The position numbers and the translations under genes are program-made. A stretch of 5,037 bases of DNA from a virus, in IMG/VR virus record IMGVR_UViG_3300045988_008646, positions 1 through 5,037 of that record. One strand, written 5' to 3'. Below are positions 3,937 to 5,037 of the stretch, piece by piece (position 1 is the stretch's first letter; each line of letters begins with the position of its first letter). The notes under the pieces are model-generated. The model was not told where the DNA came from, did not search any database, and worked only from the letters and a program-made list of their open reading frames with translations.

Positions 3937-5037
3937 ATGAAATCGGTCATGAAACATTTATTTTCACAGATTCCGCGAGCTCAGATCTCCCGTTCTGTGT
4001 TTGATAGATCACATGGTTGGAAATCTACATTTGATTCCGGTTACCTTGTGCCGTTCCTCGTGGATGAAGTTTTGCCCGGCGATTCTTATAAAGTGAAATT
4101 TAATTTCCTTGCTCGTCTTTCTACTCCAGTCGTTCCTACGATGGATAATCTGTTTCTCGATACGTTTTATTTTTTTGTTCCGTATCGCTTGCTCTGGAAA
4201 CACTGGGAACAGTTCAACGGTCAGCGGGATTATCCCGGCGCTTCTACGGATTATCTTGTTCCGCAGACTTCTGCTCCGGCTGAAGGTGGTTTTCCTGTCG
4301 GTTCCCTTGAAGATTATTTTGGTCTCCCTACTGGTGTAAAAGGTATTAAGGCTAACGAATTAGCCGCTCGCGCTTATGCTCTTATTTGGAATGAATGGTT
4401 CAGAGACGAAAATCTACAGAATCCTATTAACCTTTCTTCCTTTGAGGAAATTTCAACCGCTTCTGGCTTGGATGATGTTGGTCTCGGTGATGCTGGTTTT
4501 ACCGGATCTCACAAACTCCTTCACCGTGGTAAGCGTCACGATTATTTCACCAGTGCTCTTCCATGGCCGCAGAAAGGCCCCGGCGTTGAGCTTCCACTTA
4601 ATGGTGATGCTCCGATTAAGACACTTGCTAATGGTAAAGTCTTTGATGGTATTGTTTTACCTGGTACTCATTATCAAACTGGTAAGGATCCGACATTACG
4701 GTATTTTAATGATGGTGAGCTGCGTAAACTTGGTATACGCTATGAATCGTTCCAAGATGGTAGTATTGCGAGGTGGTCTGGTGGTTATGATGGTATTGAT
4801 TATGAGACTATCGCCGATCTTTCTTCTGTTACTGCCGCTACGATTAACTCTCTTCGTCAGGCCTTCCAGCTTCAGAAGCTTTATGAACGTGATGCCCGCG
4901 GTGGTACTCGTTATACTGAGATTCTTCGTTCGCACTTTGGCGTTGTTTCTCCAGATTCTCGCCTCCAGCGTCCGGAATACCTTGGCGGATCTGAAAGCCC
5001 CGTTATTATCAATCCTGTGGTGCAAAATTCCGCGACT
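3937..5037 (+). CDS. VP1: Major capsid protein VP1 (phiX174 F-like), N-terminal and central part. The ORF runs off the window end and continues at position 3 (same gene as 1..683). Total length is 554 aa.
   Basis: ATG at 3937 preceded by AAAGGA (3923-3928). No stop before the window end, so it is absent from the ORF track. The translation MKSVMKHLFSQIPRAQISRSVFDRSHGWKSTFDSGYLVPFLVDEVLPGD...TRYTEILRSHFGVVSPDSRLQRPEYLGG matches conserved gokushovirus VP1 N-terminal and C-proximal motifs. T-rich third codon positions. Confidence 0.95.
   Translation, partial: MKSVMKHLFSQIPRAQISRSVFDRSHGWKSTFDSGYLVPFLVDEVLPGDSYKVKFNFLARLSTPVVPTMDNLFLDTFYFFVPYRLLWKHWEQFNGQRDYPGASTDYLVPQTSAPAEGGFPVGSLEDYFGLPTGVKGIKANELAARAYALIWNEWFRDENLQNPINLSSFEEISTASGLDDVGLGDAGFTGSHKLLHRGKRHDYFTSALPWPQKGPGVELPLNGDAPIKTLANGKVFDGIVLPGTHYQTGKDPTLRYFNDGELRKLGIRYESFQDGSIARWSGGYDGIDYETIADLSSVTAATINSLRQAFQLQKLYERDARGGTRYTEILRSHFGVVSPDSRLQRPEYLGGSESPVIINPVVQNSAT

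Noticed and set aside
4009-5025. Minus-strand ORFs 4009..4203 and 4696..5025 and + ORF 4109..4339 inside VP1
   Set aside because: They are antisense or out-of-frame relative to the major capsid gene. Composition is explained by strand bias.
1-5037. Integrated prophage / mobile element with terminal direct repeats (att sites)
   Set aside because: The 119-bp repeat is exactly the wrap of a circular genome, with VP1 coding continuous through it. There are no integrase or transposase genes and no host flanking DNA. No dif-like XerCD site was recognised in the intergenic regions.

Overview
The window is one complete circular ssDNA phage genome of the Microviridae (Gokushovirinae-like), linearised with an overlap. 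Positions 1..119 are identical to 4919..5037, so the unit genome is 4918 nt and the major capsid gene VP1 runs off the 3' end and continues in frame at the 5' end. All credible genes are on the + strand and tightly packed, with a strong third-codon-position T bias. In order they are VP1 (3937..wrap..683), VP2 (699..1601, Gly-rich N-terminus, Ala/Gln-rich), a 38-aa Arg/Lys-rich J/VP8-like peptide (1616..1732), VP4 (1735..2634, a rolling-circle replication initiator with the phiX174 gpA-like motifs FLTLT / HYH / YVARYVTKK), a 95-aa acidic ORF (2637..2924, possibly VP5-like), a GC-hairpin-rich intergenic region (2925..3120), a 70-aa Cys-rich zinc-ribbon-like ORF (3126..3338), VP3 (3328..3774), and a second structured intergenic region (3775..3936) just upstream of VP1. 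There are no integrase, att sites, tRNA/rRNA genes or CRISPR array. This looks like a free, complete viral genome rather than a prophage. The least expected elements are the Cys-rich accessory ORF, a possible overprinted hydrophobic peptide beside it, and a 13-bp-stem hairpin whose loop carries a phiX174-origin-like ACTTGAT core.
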